A stretch of 64,000 nucleotides of DNA, taken from Gammaproteobacteria bacterium. Lineage in GTDB: Bacteria > Pseudomonadota > Gammaproteobacteria > JAKDMP01. Positions 33,890-44,548 of this stretch are shown here, piece by piece. Every line of letters begins with the position of its first letter. The stretch's first letter is position 1. The notes under the pieces are model-generated. The model did not search any database. It had not been told where the DNA came from and was given only the letters and a program-made list of their open reading frames with translations. The stretch lies in NCBI GenBank assembly GCA_049581885.1, contig JBAUSV010000184.1, positions 2,621-66,620 of the forward strand, read 5' to 3'. Both the position numbers and the translations under genes were made by a program.

Positions 33890-35056
33890 ATGCCCGAACG
33901 TATCGAAGATTTACCCGTACCTGGCGCCGCAGCATGCGAACACAGCGTACGCCTCGCCACCCACATTCGCGAAGCCATCGCCAACGCCGGCGGCACCCTG
34001 ACGTTTACCGATTACATGCGCCTTGCGCTCTATGCGCCGGGACTCGGTTACTATCGCGCCGGAACGGAGAAGTTCGGCGCGGCGGGCGACTTCGTCACCG
34101 CGCCTGAAATATCCCCCTTGTTCGGTCAGGTTGTTGCGCTCCAGATCGCAGAAACGCTCACGGCTACGGGCGGCGATACGGTGCTCGAACTCGGTGCCGG
34201 CAGCGGACAGTTGGCGCTCACCATTTTGCGCACGCTGGCAGAGAGAGAACAACTGCCAACCCGCTATTTGATTCTCGAAGTGAGCGGCGAACTGGCCGCG
34301 CGCCAGAAAGCGGCACTCGCCACCGAACCGGCGCTGGCAGCCCGCGTCGAATGGATCGAATACCTGCCCAAAACTCCCATCGAGGGCGTCATCCTCGCCA
34401 ACGAGGTTGCCGATGCCCTGCCCGTGGACTGTTTCGCCTACGCCGATGGGCGGGTCGTCGGTCGCGGTGTGCAATCCGAAGGCAACGGCTTTGCCTGGTG
34501 CGACATGACTCCATCCGAGGATCTCGGCACACGCGCCTTGACCCTCGCCTCCCGTTACGGCTGGCCGGACGGCTACCAGTCCGAACTGTGCCCCGAACTC
34601 GGCGGCTGGATCGAGGCGCTGGCCAATACGCTCGAACGCGGCGCGGTGCTGCTGTTCGACTACGGCCTGCCGGAGCACGAGTATTACCATCCGCAACGCG
34701 ACCAAGGCACCCTGATCTGTCACTATCGCCACCGCGCGCACGACAATCCCTTTCTGTGGCCGGGGCTGACCGACATCACGGCCTGGGTGGATTTTTCCGC
34801 GCTTGCCCGCGCGGCACGGCAAGCCGGCCTCGAGGTCGCCGGCTATACCACGCAAGCTCATTACCTGCTCGGCGGCGGCATCACCGACGCACTGGAACAG
34901 ACACAGGACGAGCCCGCACGCCTGCGCCTCACCAGTGAGATCAAGCGGCTCACGCTACCGTCGGAAATGGGCGAAGCCTTCAAGGCCATTGCCCTCACTC
35001 GCGAGTGTCCCGTGCCGTCCGCTTTCGAGTTCAGGAATATGACGCCCCGCCTCTGA
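33890..35056 (+). CDS. class I SAM-dependent methyltransferase, MidA/NDUFAF7 family (DUF185)
   Basis: Family-typical FTDYMRLALYAPGLGYY...GDFVTAPEISPLFG motifs. I trimmed the start to MPERIEDL. Confidence 0.65.
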   Translation: MPERIEDLPVPGAAACEHSVRLATHIREAIANAGGTLTFTDYMRLALYAPGLGYYRAGTEKFGAAGDFVTAPEISPLFGQVVALQIAETLTATGGDTVLELGAGSGQLALTILRTLAEREQLPTRYLILEVSGELAARQKAALATEPALAARVEWIEYLPKTPIEGVILANEVADALPVDCFAYADGRVVGRGVQSEGNGFAWCDMTPSEDLGTRALTLASRYGWPDGYQSELCPELGGWIEALANTLERGAVLLFDYGLPEHEYYHPQRDQGTLICHYRHRAHDNPFLWPGLTDITAWVDFSALARAARQAGLEVAGYTTQAHYLLGGGITDALEQTQDEPARLRLTSEIKRLTLPSEMGEAFKAIALTRECPVPSAFEFRNMTPRL

Positions 35057-35064
35057 TCGCTGGC

Positions 35065-37008
35065 TCAAACCTTTTTCTGTTCTTCGCTCCCTTCGCGGTA
35101 GGCCGTCTTCGCCTTGCGGCGTCGTCCCAGCAGGAGCCGCGGTAGCTGGGTCCCCTGAACCACATCGGAGAGCGTCAATACGCCGCGCACCTCATCGGCG
35201 CTTTCCATCTCGCCTGTTTCCGTGACGAGCGCCACCTCGCAGGCCGCATTGCGTAACTGAGCGATCACATCGAACAGCAAGTCGTCAGCCGCAACGACGA
35301 CATACGGCAAATGCGCATGATGCTCAATGGCGTTAGCCAAGGACCTTGAATCCTTGAAGCCGCGCACGATGCCGGCCGGGATGACCGCCTGTACGCGCCC
35401 GCGCTCCACCACAACTATGTGCGGTACCCGCCGCACTTTCCCGAGTAGCCGTTGCAGACGGCGCAGATTCGGTTGCGGGCTGACGCGCAGCACCGGCGCC
35501 CGAATGCGATCGCGTGCGAGGCCAAGTAAATAGAGATTAGTTTGTAGCACATTGGGAATGAAATGTCCGCGGCGCCGCAGTTTCATGTCGTAAATGCTTG
35601 CCTCCATAAATGCACGGCGTACCCCGTAGGCAACGGACACGGCGATCATTAACGGAATAATGACGTCGTAATCGCGCGTCATCTCGAAAATCATCACGAT
35701 GGCCGTCACCACCGCGCCGGTCGCACCGCCGACCAATCCTGCCATGCCGATCACGCCGGCGCTGACGGGATCCACTCCAAGGTTGGGGAAAAACTGATTG
35801 ACCGCCCAGGCATAAAAGGCACCCAGAGTCGCCCCCATAAACAGCGAAGGCGAAAAGATGCCGCCCGAGCCGCCCGAGCCAAGCGTGAGCGAAGTCGCCA
35901 CCAGTTTGAGCACCAGGATCAGCGCCAGCAGAACAGGCACCGTAAGCTGGTTGTTAAGCACATCCTGCACGGCCGCATAGCCCACGCCCTCGACGTAATA
36001 GTGCCCGGCAAAGCGCATCAACAGATAAATAATGATCCCGACGAGCGCCATTCCGATAATGTGGCGCACGTAGTAGCCGCCGGGGATTTTGTCGAACCAG
36101 TCCTCGGTTTTGTAAATGGTACGAATGAACAGCACCGACCACAGTCCGAGCACAATGCCGAATACCAGATAGACGATCCAGCTCATGGGATTGGCAAAAG
36201 TGCCAGCATGGATATTGAGCGGAGGAATCGAGAAAGCGGGATGGTTGCCGAGGAAAAAACGTGAAATAAAGGTCGCGGCTCCGCTGGCCAATGCCACCGG
36301 AATCAGGGTACGGGCACTGATTTCGGGCATGATCAGCTCGACGGCGAACAGTACGCCGCCGATGGGCGTATTGAAGGTCGCGGCGATACCGCCTGCCGAA
36401 CCGCAGGCAATCAATGTCATGCGCTGCCACTCGGTCACTGGCAGTATCTGGCCCACAGTCGAACCGAAAGCCGAACCGATCTGGATGATGGGCCCCTCTC
36501 GCCCGACCGAACCGCCAGTGCCGATCGATAACGCCGAAGCCAGCGCCTTTATTGCGGCAACGATCGGACGGATAACCCCACGCTTGTAGTAGATGGCGTC
36601 CATGACCTCGGGCACGCCATGACCCTTGGCCTCGGGAGCAAAAGTCTTGACCAGAAACGCCACCAACACGGCACCGACAATCGGCACCAGGATGATCCAT
36701 GCACCCCACGGGATATGCCACGGCCCCCAGGCGGCAGCAACCGTATGCGTGCGCGCCGCGTATTGTGTGGAGAGTATGCCGAGAAAGGCCAGGTTGTGGA
36801 ACAACCCGATCAGCATGCGGAAACCAACCGCACCGAAACCGGCAATCAGACCGGTGAGCACGGCCAGGCCGATGAACCCGAGCGAAGCCTGTTCGAGAGC
36901 GCGGCTGAACGAGGTGCGTGAACGGTAAATGCGCTGATGTCCGAGCGAACGGCGGGCCCGCAAGCGGCTCAATGGGCGCCTCGTATCCCCTCGCTTTTTG
37001 CCCGTCAT
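35065..37008 (-). CDS. ClC-family voltage-gated chloride channel / H+-Cl- exchanger with C-terminal CBS pair
   Basis: A 647-aa protein with selectivity-filter motifs GSGIP-like (GHGVPEV), GREGP and GxFxP, followed by a C-terminal CBS domain pair. Confidence 0.8.
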   Translation of the reverse strand: MTGKKRGDTRRPLSRLRARRSLGHQRIYRSRTSFSRALEQASLGFIGLAVLTGLIAGFGAVGFRMLIGLFHNLAFLGILSTQYAARTHTVAAAWGPWHIPWGAWIILVPIVGAVLVAFLVKTFAPEAKGHGVPEVMDAIYYKRGVIRPIVAAIKALASALSIGTGGSVGREGPIIQIGSAFGSTVGQILPVTEWQRMTLIACGSAGGIAATFNTPIGGVLFAVELIMPEISARTLIPVALASGAATFISRFFLGNHPAFSIPPLNIHAGTFANPMSWIVYLVFGIVLGLWSVLFIRTIYKTEDWFDKIPGGYYVRHIIGMALVGIIIYLLMRFAGHYYVEGVGYAAVQDVLNNQLTVPVLLALILVLKLVATSLTLGSGGSGGIFSPSLFMGATLGAFYAWAVNQFFPNLGVDPVSAGVIGMAGLVGGATGAVVTAIVMIFEMTRDYDVIIPLMIAVSVAYGVRRAFMEASIYDMKLRRRGHFIPNVLQTNLYLLGLARDRIRAPVLRVSPQPNLRRLQRLLGKVRRVPHIVVVERGRVQAVIPAGIVRGFKDSRSLANAIEHHAHLPYVVVAADDLLFDVIAQLRNAACEVALVTETGEMESADEVRGVLTLSDVVQGTQLPRLLLGRRRKAKTAYREGSEEQKKV

Positions 37009-37113
37009 GTCCGCATTACCCGTATCGCTTCCCTCTGTGCGCCGGTCAATCCTTCTTATAATGCAGCGCCATGCCGCTTCGCGTCAAAGGCTGCACACAG
37101 GCAAAGCAGAGTT

Positions 37114-38871
37114 TCAGGCAGCCGGCGTTTCCGGGCTATCTTCCTCAAAAAGTTTTTCGCCGCCGGTCTTGGACGGCGCGACCAGGGCGCGGAACTGGCC
37201 TATAGAATCGCTCGAAGCCGCCACCAGCAAGCCGTCACCCACCTGGAGCTTGGTGCCACCGTGAGGCACGATTTCGCTCTCGCCGCGAATCAGACCGACG
37301 ATCAACACGCCCATGTCGGCGAGCCCGAGACTGCGCACTTCCTTACCCGCCACCGCCGTGCCTGCCGCAAGATTGAGGCTATAGAGCTGTTCCTTGCGCC
37401 GGCGCAGCGCCACGCCTTCGCCGCGATCAAGCGCAAACTGCAATTCGCTGTTGAGAATGTCGCGGTCCAGACTGACCTGCTGACGGCGCAGCAGATCCGC
37501 AGCCGTTTGATAATAAAGATCCCGATACACGGGGCTGTCCGCCGGCGTGGACACCTGAGCTTCGTACAACGTAGGGTAGCGCGCGCGCCGAGTCAGCGTA
37601 AATTGCACCACGAAGGCGAGCGCCACAGCGATCATGGTGGGCATAATCAGTCCGTAACCGCCCGTCATTTCCACCACCATCACCAACGAGGCAATCGGGA
37701 TACGCGCCGCACCCGCGAACAATGCCGCCATACCGACCACGGCCAACGCGGAAGAATTGATGTCGAGGTGAAACAGTCCCAGCAACGCGGCAAAGGCTGC
37801 CCCCAACATCGCGCCCACATACAGACTCGGCGCAAACACACCGCCCGCCCCGCCGGACCCGATGGTCAGAGAGAGTGCAAGTACCTTGCCCAGCGAAAGC
37901 AACAACAGGAACCAGACGGCAAGTCCCGCTCCGCCAGAAAGCGCAAACTGAATGTAGCCATAACCACCACCCAGCAACGGCGGCAAGGCAATACCGATCA
38001 ACCCCACGGCAAGGCCACCGATCGCCGGCTTGAAATGATTAGGTATCTTGATGCCGCTGAACCAGTCGCGTATCCGGTAGAACACCGTGGGCAACACCGC
38101 ACCCAGCAAGCCGGCCGCAAGCCCCAGCACCGCGAACCACACCAAGTTGTAGGAAGGACCAATGCCGATTCCAGGGTGCAGTATGAACAGCGGCGTAAAA
38201 CCCTGGAACACGCCGATAATCGCGTAGGCTACGGCGGCTGAAATCAGCGTATAGATCAGCGCGCCGCCTTCGAACGCCATGCGCGAATAGAGAATTTCCA
38301 CCGCGAAGATCGCCGTGCCGAGTGGGCTTTTGAAAATGGCCGACAAGCCTGCCGCCATGCCCATAAGCACGATATAGCGGCGTTCGTCGTCAGGTAGCTT
38401 GAAAAACGCGCCGACGATGGCGCCGATACCGGCCGCGATCTGCGCCGTCGGGCCCTCGCGCCCGGCCGAACCGCCGGAACCAATGGTGATTGCGCTCGCA
38501 ATACCCTTCACTAGCGGCACCCGCGCGCGCATGCGGCCGTTGGTTTGATGAAAGGCCTTCACTGCGGCATCGGTACCGTGACCCTCGGCTTCCGGCGCCA
38601 ACGTATAGACCAGGATGCCGGTGACCAAACCGCCTAGGGTGGTTGAGATCGGAACCCACCAGTACCAATGCATAAAAGGTTTGGGTGCCGCACCCAAAGC
38701 ATGGGCATCGGCCACGTTAATTGGTTGATAATGCCCGAAAAATCCGAGAATATAAATGTCGGCCCAATGCAGTGCAAGCAGAAACAGCTCGGCTCCCAGA
38801 CCGCCCACGATGCCAAGGAACAGGCTCATGATGAGCAACCTCGGGGTGCGATCCAGTTTTAATAACCACAT
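37114..38871 (-). CDS. ClC-family chloride channel with C-terminal RCK_C/TrkA-C-like domain
   Basis: A 585-aa protein with EAEGHGTD, GREGP and GGVFAPS motifs. The C-terminal 80 aa (GDGLLVAASSDSIGQFRALV) resemble TrkA-C. Confidence 0.8.
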   Translation of the reverse strand: MWLLKLDRTPRLLIMSLFLGIVGGLGAELFLLALHWADIYILGFFGHYQPINVADAHALGAAPKPFMHWYWWVPISTTLGGLVTGILVYTLAPEAEGHGTDAAVKAFHQTNGRMRARVPLVKGIASAITIGSGGSAGREGPTAQIAAGIGAIVGAFFKLPDDERRYIVLMGMAAGLSAIFKSPLGTAIFAVEILYSRMAFEGGALIYTLISAAVAYAIIGVFQGFTPLFILHPGIGIGPSYNLVWFAVLGLAAGLLGAVLPTVFYRIRDWFSGIKIPNHFKPAIGGLAVGLIGIALPPLLGGGYGYIQFALSGGAGLAVWFLLLLSLGKVLALSLTIGSGGAGGVFAPSLYVGAMLGAAFAALLGLFHLDINSSALAVVGMAALFAGAARIPIASLVMVVEMTGGYGLIMPTMIAVALAFVVQFTLTRRARYPTLYEAQVSTPADSPVYRDLYYQTAADLLRRQQVSLDRDILNSELQFALDRGEGVALRRRKEQLYSLNLAAGTAVAGKEVRSLGLADMGVLIVGLIRGESEIVPHGGTKLQVGDGLLVAASSDSIGQFRALVAPSKTGGEKLFEEDSPETPAA

Positions 38872-38938
38872 GGAGCGATCCCTGCCGGGAAACGTCTGAC
38901 AAGCAGTTATTATATAGGTAGGGTTTTAAACCGCTTGC

Positions 38939-39015
<77 letters not shown>

Positions 39016-39049
39016 ATTACATTTATGCTGTTACCGTCCCATATATCCC

Positions 39050-39763
39050 TTAAGTCAACCAAGGCGCGAGCGCCTGTTCGGCCAGTTCGGGCCAACCGCG
39101 GTTAGCGGCGGGACTGGCCGGGCTGGGATGCGGCAGGTAGCCAACGCTCAGGCGCCCGCCCAGCACTTCACGTGCCCGGCGCTCGGCATACCGCCCAACA
39201 CCGACCACGACAGTCGGGGATAACGCCTTGATCAGCGTGCTCAAAGCCTGGTTGCAAGCAGCCAACAACGGCGCGGCTTCATCACCCTTGAGCTTTTCAG
39301 GCGTGAGATTCCGACCCTCTCCGATGAACAACAGCGGACAATAATTCCACACGAAGAAGCGCTCGAAAAAATCATCGGCACCACCGAAACGATCACGTGC
39401 CCAGCCCCACAGCCGGCTGCCGCTGCCCTCACGGCGATAACTATCGAAACCCATGATTGGGTACTTGGGGTGCTGTTCGGGCAGCGGCGGCACCAGCGGC
39501 GCTTCAATGCCCAACCAGTCGCGCACCAGCACCACGTCGCCGAACGGCACTCCGGTCTGCGCCATACCCCAGGGGCCGGGGTTCATGCCGAGCAGAAACA
39601 CACGGCCGGTAACATTGCCGAACCGTTCGAGATAGGTTTGATGCGCCGGCCATGCATAGCGCAGCGGATTGTAGGCATGACTTGGCGTAGTGAACTCGAG
39701 TTTCTCTACGTCACGACCAAGACGCCGCGCAATGCCCACAACGCTGTTCTTCGAGTTCGGCAC
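39050..39763 (-). CDS. uracil-DNA glycosylase superfamily protein, SMUG1-like
   Basis: A 237-aa protein with the GMNPGPWGMAQTGVPFG motif characteristic of SMUG1-family glycosylases and a C-terminal HPSPAS motif. Confidence 0.65.
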   Translation of the reverse strand: MPNSKNSVVGIARRLGRDVEKLEFTTPSHAYNPLRYAWPAHQTYLERFGNVTGRVFLLGMNPGPWGMAQTGVPFGDVVLVRDWLGIEAPLVPPLPEQHPKYPIMGFDSYRREGSGSRLWGWARDRFGGADDFFERFFVWNYCPLLFIGEGRNLTPEKLKGDEAAPLLAACNQALSTLIKALSPTVVVGVGRYAERRAREVLGGRLSVGYLPHPSPASPAANRGWPELAEQALAPWLT

Positions 39764-39833
39764 TGGGTTCCATGCTTTTCGGGAGAGCGTCAGTGTAGCG
39801 TGCCGCCGAGTCCCGAGTCAGTAGAATAGGCAA

Positions 39834-41969
39834 ATGCAAGATGATCTGATCCTCGACGGGCTGAACGACGCCCAGCGCGAAGCCGTAACCGCCCCTCTGG
39901 GTGCCGTGCTGGTGCTCGCCGGCGCCGGCAGCGGAAAAACCCGCGTACTGACACGCCGTCTGGCCTGGGTAATCGCCACCGAGTCAATCACGCCCGACCG
40001 GGTGCTGGCGGTCACGTTCACGAACAAGGCGGCCGCGGAAATGCGCGCGCGCGTCGAACATATGCTCAAGCAACCTGCGAACACGCTGTGGATCGGTACC
40101 TTTCACGGCTTGTGCCATCGTCTTCTGCGGCGCCATGCCGAGGCGGCGCATCTGCCGTCAAATTTCCAGATTCTCGACAGCGACGATCAGTTGCGTCTCA
40201 TCAAGCGTTTGTTGAAGGCACAGGCGCTGGATGACAAACTCTATCCGCCTCGTCAGCTTGCCGGCATTATCAACCGCACCAAGGACGAAGGCCACCGTCT
40301 TGACGAACGCGAAGCGGGACACGACGAGCACGGGCGCACGGTGGACGCCATCCTCGCTGCATATCAGGAGACATGCGAACGCGGTGGCCTGGTAGATTTT
40401 GCGGAACTGATTCTGCGCACGGTAAGGCTGTTCACCGCCGACAACGGTATCGCGGCGCGTTACCAGAATCATTTCCGGCATCTCCTAGTGGACGAGTTTC
40501 AGGACACCAACACGACGCAGTACCTGTGGGTGCGCGCGCTCGCCGGCGAGACGATCCGACCGTTCGTGGTGGGCGACGACGACCAGTCGATCTACGGCTG
40601 GCGCGGTGCGCAGGTCGGCAATATGGACCGCTTTCAGCGCGATTACGCACCGGTCCGCATCATGCGCCTGGAACAGAACTACCGCTCTACCGGCAATATT
40701 CTCGGCGCTGCCAATGCGGTGATCGCCAAAAACAGCGAACGCATGGGCAAAACATTGTGGACCGAGGGCAACACGGGCTCACCGATCGAACTCTATGCCG
40801 CGGGTGACGAGCGCGACGAGGCGCTGCACGCGGTGGCCCGCATCGAGCGCTGGATCGCCGATGGCGGCAACGCAAACGAGGCCGCCATCCTGTACCGTTC
40901 CAACGCCCAATCACGCATATTCGAGGAAATACTGATCGCGCGCGGCATCCCGTACCGGGTGTACGGCGGGCAACGGTTTTTCGACCGCATGGAGATCAAG
41001 GACGCACTCGCCTACCTGCGCCTAGTGGCAAACCGCAACGACGACACGGCCTTTGAGCGCATTGTGAATACTCCCACCCGCGGTATCGGCGCGACCACCC
41101 TGCAAAAATTACGCGTACACGCCCGGGCACAGCGTTTTTCCCTGTGGAAAGCGTGCCGGGAGATGACCGTCGAATCCGATGAGTTGAATGCGCGGGCGCG
41201 CAACGCACTGGCAAATTTCATGCGTCTGATCGAACAACTCGCCGACGCCACACACGAGTGCGAATTGGGCGTGGCAATGGAAACGCTCATCGCCCGTAGC
41301 GGTCTAGCCGACCACCACGGCAGCGAAGGTGGCGAACTTGGCGCGGCGCGTCTGGAGAACCTGGCGGAACTGGTCAATGCGGCCAGCGAGTTCACACCCG
41401 AGGGCGATCTCGCACCAATCGATGCCTTTCTGGCCCAGGCCGCACTGGAGGCGGGCGAAGCGCAGGCCGACGAATGGAAAGCCTTCGTCAAGCTGATGAC
41501 GCTGCACTCGGCCAAGGGACTCGAATTTCCGCTGGTGATCATTGCCGGAATCGAGGAGGGACTTTTTCCGCATCAGAAAAGCATAGACGCACCGGCGCGA
41601 CTGGAAGAGGAGCGCCGCCTATTCTATGTCGGCATGACCCGCGCTCGGACGCAATTGGTGTTGTCGTGGGCGGAACTGCGCCGCCTGCACGGGCAGACGC
41701 TGTATGCTCGGCCGTCACGCTTTCTCGCCGAATTGCCCGAAGACACCTACGAGGAAATCGGCCCCCGCCGGCTCACCCGCGGCAGGGAATCGGCCGACGA
41801 CGGCCGTGGCGCCAAACTCGGACAGCGAGTGCAGCATGCCAGTTTCGGCGAAGGCGTGATCCTCGACAGCGAAGGCGACGGTCCGCGTCTGCGCCTGAAG
41901 ATCGCCTTCGAAAACGGCGGCACCAAGTGGCTGCTCGCCTCGGTAGCGCGCTTGCAAATGATCAGTTAA
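39834..41969 (+). CDS. uvrD: ATP-dependent DNA helicase UvrD/Rep family
   Basis: A 711-aa SF1 helicase with Walker A AGAGSGKT, DEFQDTN, and a C-terminal UvrD-like domain. Confidence 0.85.
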   Translation: MQDDLILDGLNDAQREAVTAPLGAVLVLAGAGSGKTRVLTRRLAWVIATESITPDRVLAVTFTNKAAAEMRARVEHMLKQPANTLWIGTFHGLCHRLLRRHAEAAHLPSNFQILDSDDQLRLIKRLLKAQALDDKLYPPRQLAGIINRTKDEGHRLDEREAGHDEHGRTVDAILAAYQETCERGGLVDFAELILRTVRLFTADNGIAARYQNHFRHLLVDEFQDTNTTQYLWVRALAGETIRPFVVGDDDQSIYGWRGAQVGNMDRFQRDYAPVRIMRLEQNYRSTGNILGAANAVIAKNSERMGKTLWTEGNTGSPIELYAAGDERDEALHAVARIERWIADGGNANEAAILYRSNAQSRIFEEILIARGIPYRVYGGQRFFDRMEIKDALAYLRLVANRNDDTAFERIVNTPTRGIGATTLQKLRVHARAQRFSLWKACREMTVESDELNARARNALANFMRLIEQLADATHECELGVAMETLIARSGLADHHGSEGGELGAARLENLAELVNAASEFTPEGDLAPIDAFLAQAALEAGEAQADEWKAFVKLMTLHSAKGLEFPLVIIAGIEEGLFPHQKSIDAPARLEEERRLFYVGMTRARTQLVLSWAELRRLHGQTLYARPSRFLAELPEDTYEEIGPRRLTRGRESADDGRGAKLGQRVQHASFGEGVILDSEGDGPRLRLKIAFENGGTKWLLASVARLQMIS

Positions 41970-41982
41970 GGTAACTCTTGCT

Positions 41983-44115
41983 CTAAGTTCGTGTGACGCG
42001 CAGCACCGAAGCCGTCTTGCGCAATCGGCGGATGATGCGGGCAAGATGCACCCGGTCATGCACTGTCACTTCCAGCATCAACAGCGAGGTGCCGTCTTCG
42101 CGTTCGCTGACCTGCGCATGATGGATGTTGGAACCTTCCGTCGACACGGTGGCCGCCACGGCAGCGAGCACGCCGCGTTGGTCTTCCAATTCCAGACGGA
42201 GTTCTGCGGGGTAGTCGCGCTGGCCTTCCTGCTGGAAAGCGATATCGACCACACGGTCGCTGTCCTTTTGCGCCATCAGATTACCGCAATCAACCCGGTG
42301 CACCACTAAACCCTTGCCGCGCGTTAAAAGTCCCGCAATACGGTCGCCGGGAATGGGATGACAGCAACGCGCGAGCGACACGGCAAGCCCCTCGGTGCCG
42401 CGTATTTCGATCGGCGCCGTGGCGGACTGTGGCTCGGAATCGCTATCGGTCACGAAATGCCGGGCCACCAGCAACGCTGGCAATTCCCCGGTGCCGATGC
42501 GGCGCAACAGTTCCGTCGGTTCCTCGATCTTGAGCTCGCTTGCGACGCGCGCCAGTTGTCTGTTTTTGCGTTTGAGATCAAGATTGTAACTGGCCAGTGC
42601 CTGTTGCAGCATGCGTCGGCCCATGCGTTGGGCGTCCTCGGAACGCAGGTCGCGCAGGAAACGGCGGAGCGCCGAGCGTGCCTTGGCGCTCGCCACGAAA
42701 TTGAGCCAGGCAGGATTAGGTCGGGCGCTTCGCGCGGTGATGATTTCCACCGTCTGGCCGGTATGCAGTTGTGTGCGCAGCGGCACCACGCGCCGATCCA
42801 CCTTGGCCGATACGCAGGCATTGCCTATATCGGTATGCACGGCGTAGGCAAAATCCACCGGCGTGGCACCGCGTGGCAATTCTATAATTTCACCCTTGGG
42901 GGTAAAGACGTAGATTTCGTTGGGCGCGAGATCGATCTTGGCGTGTTCGAGAAACTCTATAGGCGTTGCGCTTTCGGCGTTGATTTCGTCCAGACTGCGC
43001 AACAAATCCCGCGCCCTGACCTCGTCGGGGCCCGCGCCCTGGCCGGTCTTGTACATCCAGTGCGCAGATACGCCGTTCTCCGCGACCTGCTCCATGGCCT
43101 CTGTGCGAATCTGGGCCTCCACGGGTTGTCCTGTCGGCCCCACGATCACGGTATGCAGCGACTGGTAGCCGTTGGCCTTGGGTAGTGCAATGTAGTCCTT
43201 GAACCGCCCAGGCACCGGCCGATACACGCCGTGCACCAGGCCCAGCACACGGTAGCACTCGTCCACGTCCCCGGTCACGATGCGGATGCCGTGGATATCC
43301 ATTACTTCGCTCAAACGCAAACTCTTGTCGCGCATCTTGCGATACACGCTATAGAGCGCCTTGTCGCGTCCGCTGACCTCGGCATTCAAGCCGCCCGCCA
43401 CACAGCGGGTGGCGAGCGTCTTGATCATCTTCGGCACGGCGCTTACTCGCAGGCCGCGTTCGCGGCGCACCGCACGTCGCAGCACCCGGTAGCGATCCGG
43501 GTACAGGCTGCGGAACCCGAGATCCTCGAGTTCCAGACGGATCCTGCGCATACCAAGCCGATGCGCAATGGGCGCATAGATTTCCAGCGTTTCGCGCGCG
43601 ATGCGGCGCCGCTTCTCGGGCGGCATCACACCCAGCGTGCGCATGTTGTGCAGGCGGTCGGCAAGCTTGATCAGGATTACCCGCACGTCGGCCACCATGG
43701 CAAGCACCATCTTGCGGAAGTTCTCGGCCTGGGCCTCGCGATGACTCTCGAAGCGGATCTGGGTCAGCTTGGATACCCCGTCGACCAAACGCGCCACTTC
43801 CTCGCCGAACAGCTCTGCGAGTTCGGTCCGTTCCGCCGGCGTATCCTCAATGACGTCGTGTAGCAGCGCGGCTTCCAGCGTGGCTGCATCGAGCGACATC
43901 CGGGCCAGGATGAGTGACACTGCCAGCGGATGGGTGATGTAGGGTTCGCCGCTCATCCGGCGCTGATCGCTGTGGGCCTCCTGCGCGTAGATGTAGGCGC
44001 GGCGCACTTGTTCTACTTCGGCCGGCGCGAGATACCGTGCCAGCTCGTCAGTCAAATCGGCGAGCGTGGTTTCACCGGTGTTTGCATGCGGCCCGGGACG
44101 GTGCAGGGCACGCAT
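41983..44115 (-). CDS. spoT: bifunctional (p)ppGpp synthetase/hydrolase
   Basis: A 710-aa protein with an HD hydrolase domain (HSDQRRMSGEPYITHPLAV), a RelA/SpoT synthetase domain, and TGS and ACT domains. It is operonic with rpoZ-gmk. Confidence 0.9.
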   Translation of the reverse strand: MRALHRPGPHANTGETTLADLTDELARYLAPAEVEQVRRAYIYAQEAHSDQRRMSGEPYITHPLAVSLILARMSLDAATLEAALLHDVIEDTPAERTELAELFGEEVARLVDGVSKLTQIRFESHREAQAENFRKMVLAMVADVRVILIKLADRLHNMRTLGVMPPEKRRRIARETLEIYAPIAHRLGMRRIRLELEDLGFRSLYPDRYRVLRRAVRRERGLRVSAVPKMIKTLATRCVAGGLNAEVSGRDKALYSVYRKMRDKSLRLSEVMDIHGIRIVTGDVDECYRVLGLVHGVYRPVPGRFKDYIALPKANGYQSLHTVIVGPTGQPVEAQIRTEAMEQVAENGVSAHWMYKTGQGAGPDEVRARDLLRSLDEINAESATPIEFLEHAKIDLAPNEIYVFTPKGEIIELPRGATPVDFAYAVHTDIGNACVSAKVDRRVVPLRTQLHTGQTVEIITARSARPNPAWLNFVASAKARSALRRFLRDLRSEDAQRMGRRMLQQALASYNLDLKRKNRQLARVASELKIEEPTELLRRIGTGELPALLVARHFVTDSDSEPQSATAPIEIRGTEGLAVSLARCCHPIPGDRIAGLLTRGKGLVVHRVDCGNLMAQKDSDRVVDIAFQQEGQRDYPAELRLELEDQRGVLAAVAATVSTEGSNIHHAQVSEREDGTSLLMLEVTVHDRVHLARIIRRLRKTASVLRVTRT

Positions 44116-44129
44116 AAATCAGACTCCGT

Positions 44130-44489
44130 TCAAGCCTTTGCGGGCTTTTCCCCGGCGCTGTCCTCCGCCTCGCCGGCCGCTTCTTCTTCGCCGATGTCCT
44201 CCTCGTCTTCCTCGTCATCGTCCACGGATAGATCGACTTCAATGTCATCCACATCAGGCAGCGTGAAAATCTCGCGCTCACTCGGCTCGTCGGATTCTTC
44301 CAGAATCGAGCGATCCACCAAGCCCTCCGCTATCTCGCGCAACGCCACCACAGTGGGTTTGTCGCCTTCCAGCTCCACCCGGGCTTCGCGGCCATGGGCA
44401 AGCTGCCGCGCGCGCTTGGAAGCGACCAGTACGAGGTCGAACAGGTTATCGATTTTGTCAGTGCAGTCTTCGACGGTTACTCTGGCCAT
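44130..44489 (-). CDS. rpoZ: RNA polymerase omega subunit with a long acidic C-terminal tail
   Basis: The MARVTVEDC...[16 protein letters not shown] core is RpoZ. I trimmed the start to MARV. The C-terminal roughly 40 aa are poly-D/E. Confidence 0.8.
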   Translation of the reverse strand: MARVTVEDCTDKIDNLFDLVLVASKRARQLAHGREARVELEGDKPTVVALREIAEGLVDRSILEESDEPSEREIFTLPDVDDIEVDLSVDDDEEDEEDIGEEEAAGEAEDSAGEKPAKA

Positions 44490-44548
44490 GGTGTGCTTAC
44501 CGCCGCGCAAGCGGCTTTTGAAAGGTATTCGATAGTTTAAGTGATACG

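Noticed and set aside
33911-34861. 316-aa minus-strand ORF
   Set aside because: It is antisense to the MidA-family methyltransferase.
36937-38241. 434-aa plus-strand ORF
   Set aside because: It is antisense to the second ClC gene and has an extreme Arg/His/Gln composition.
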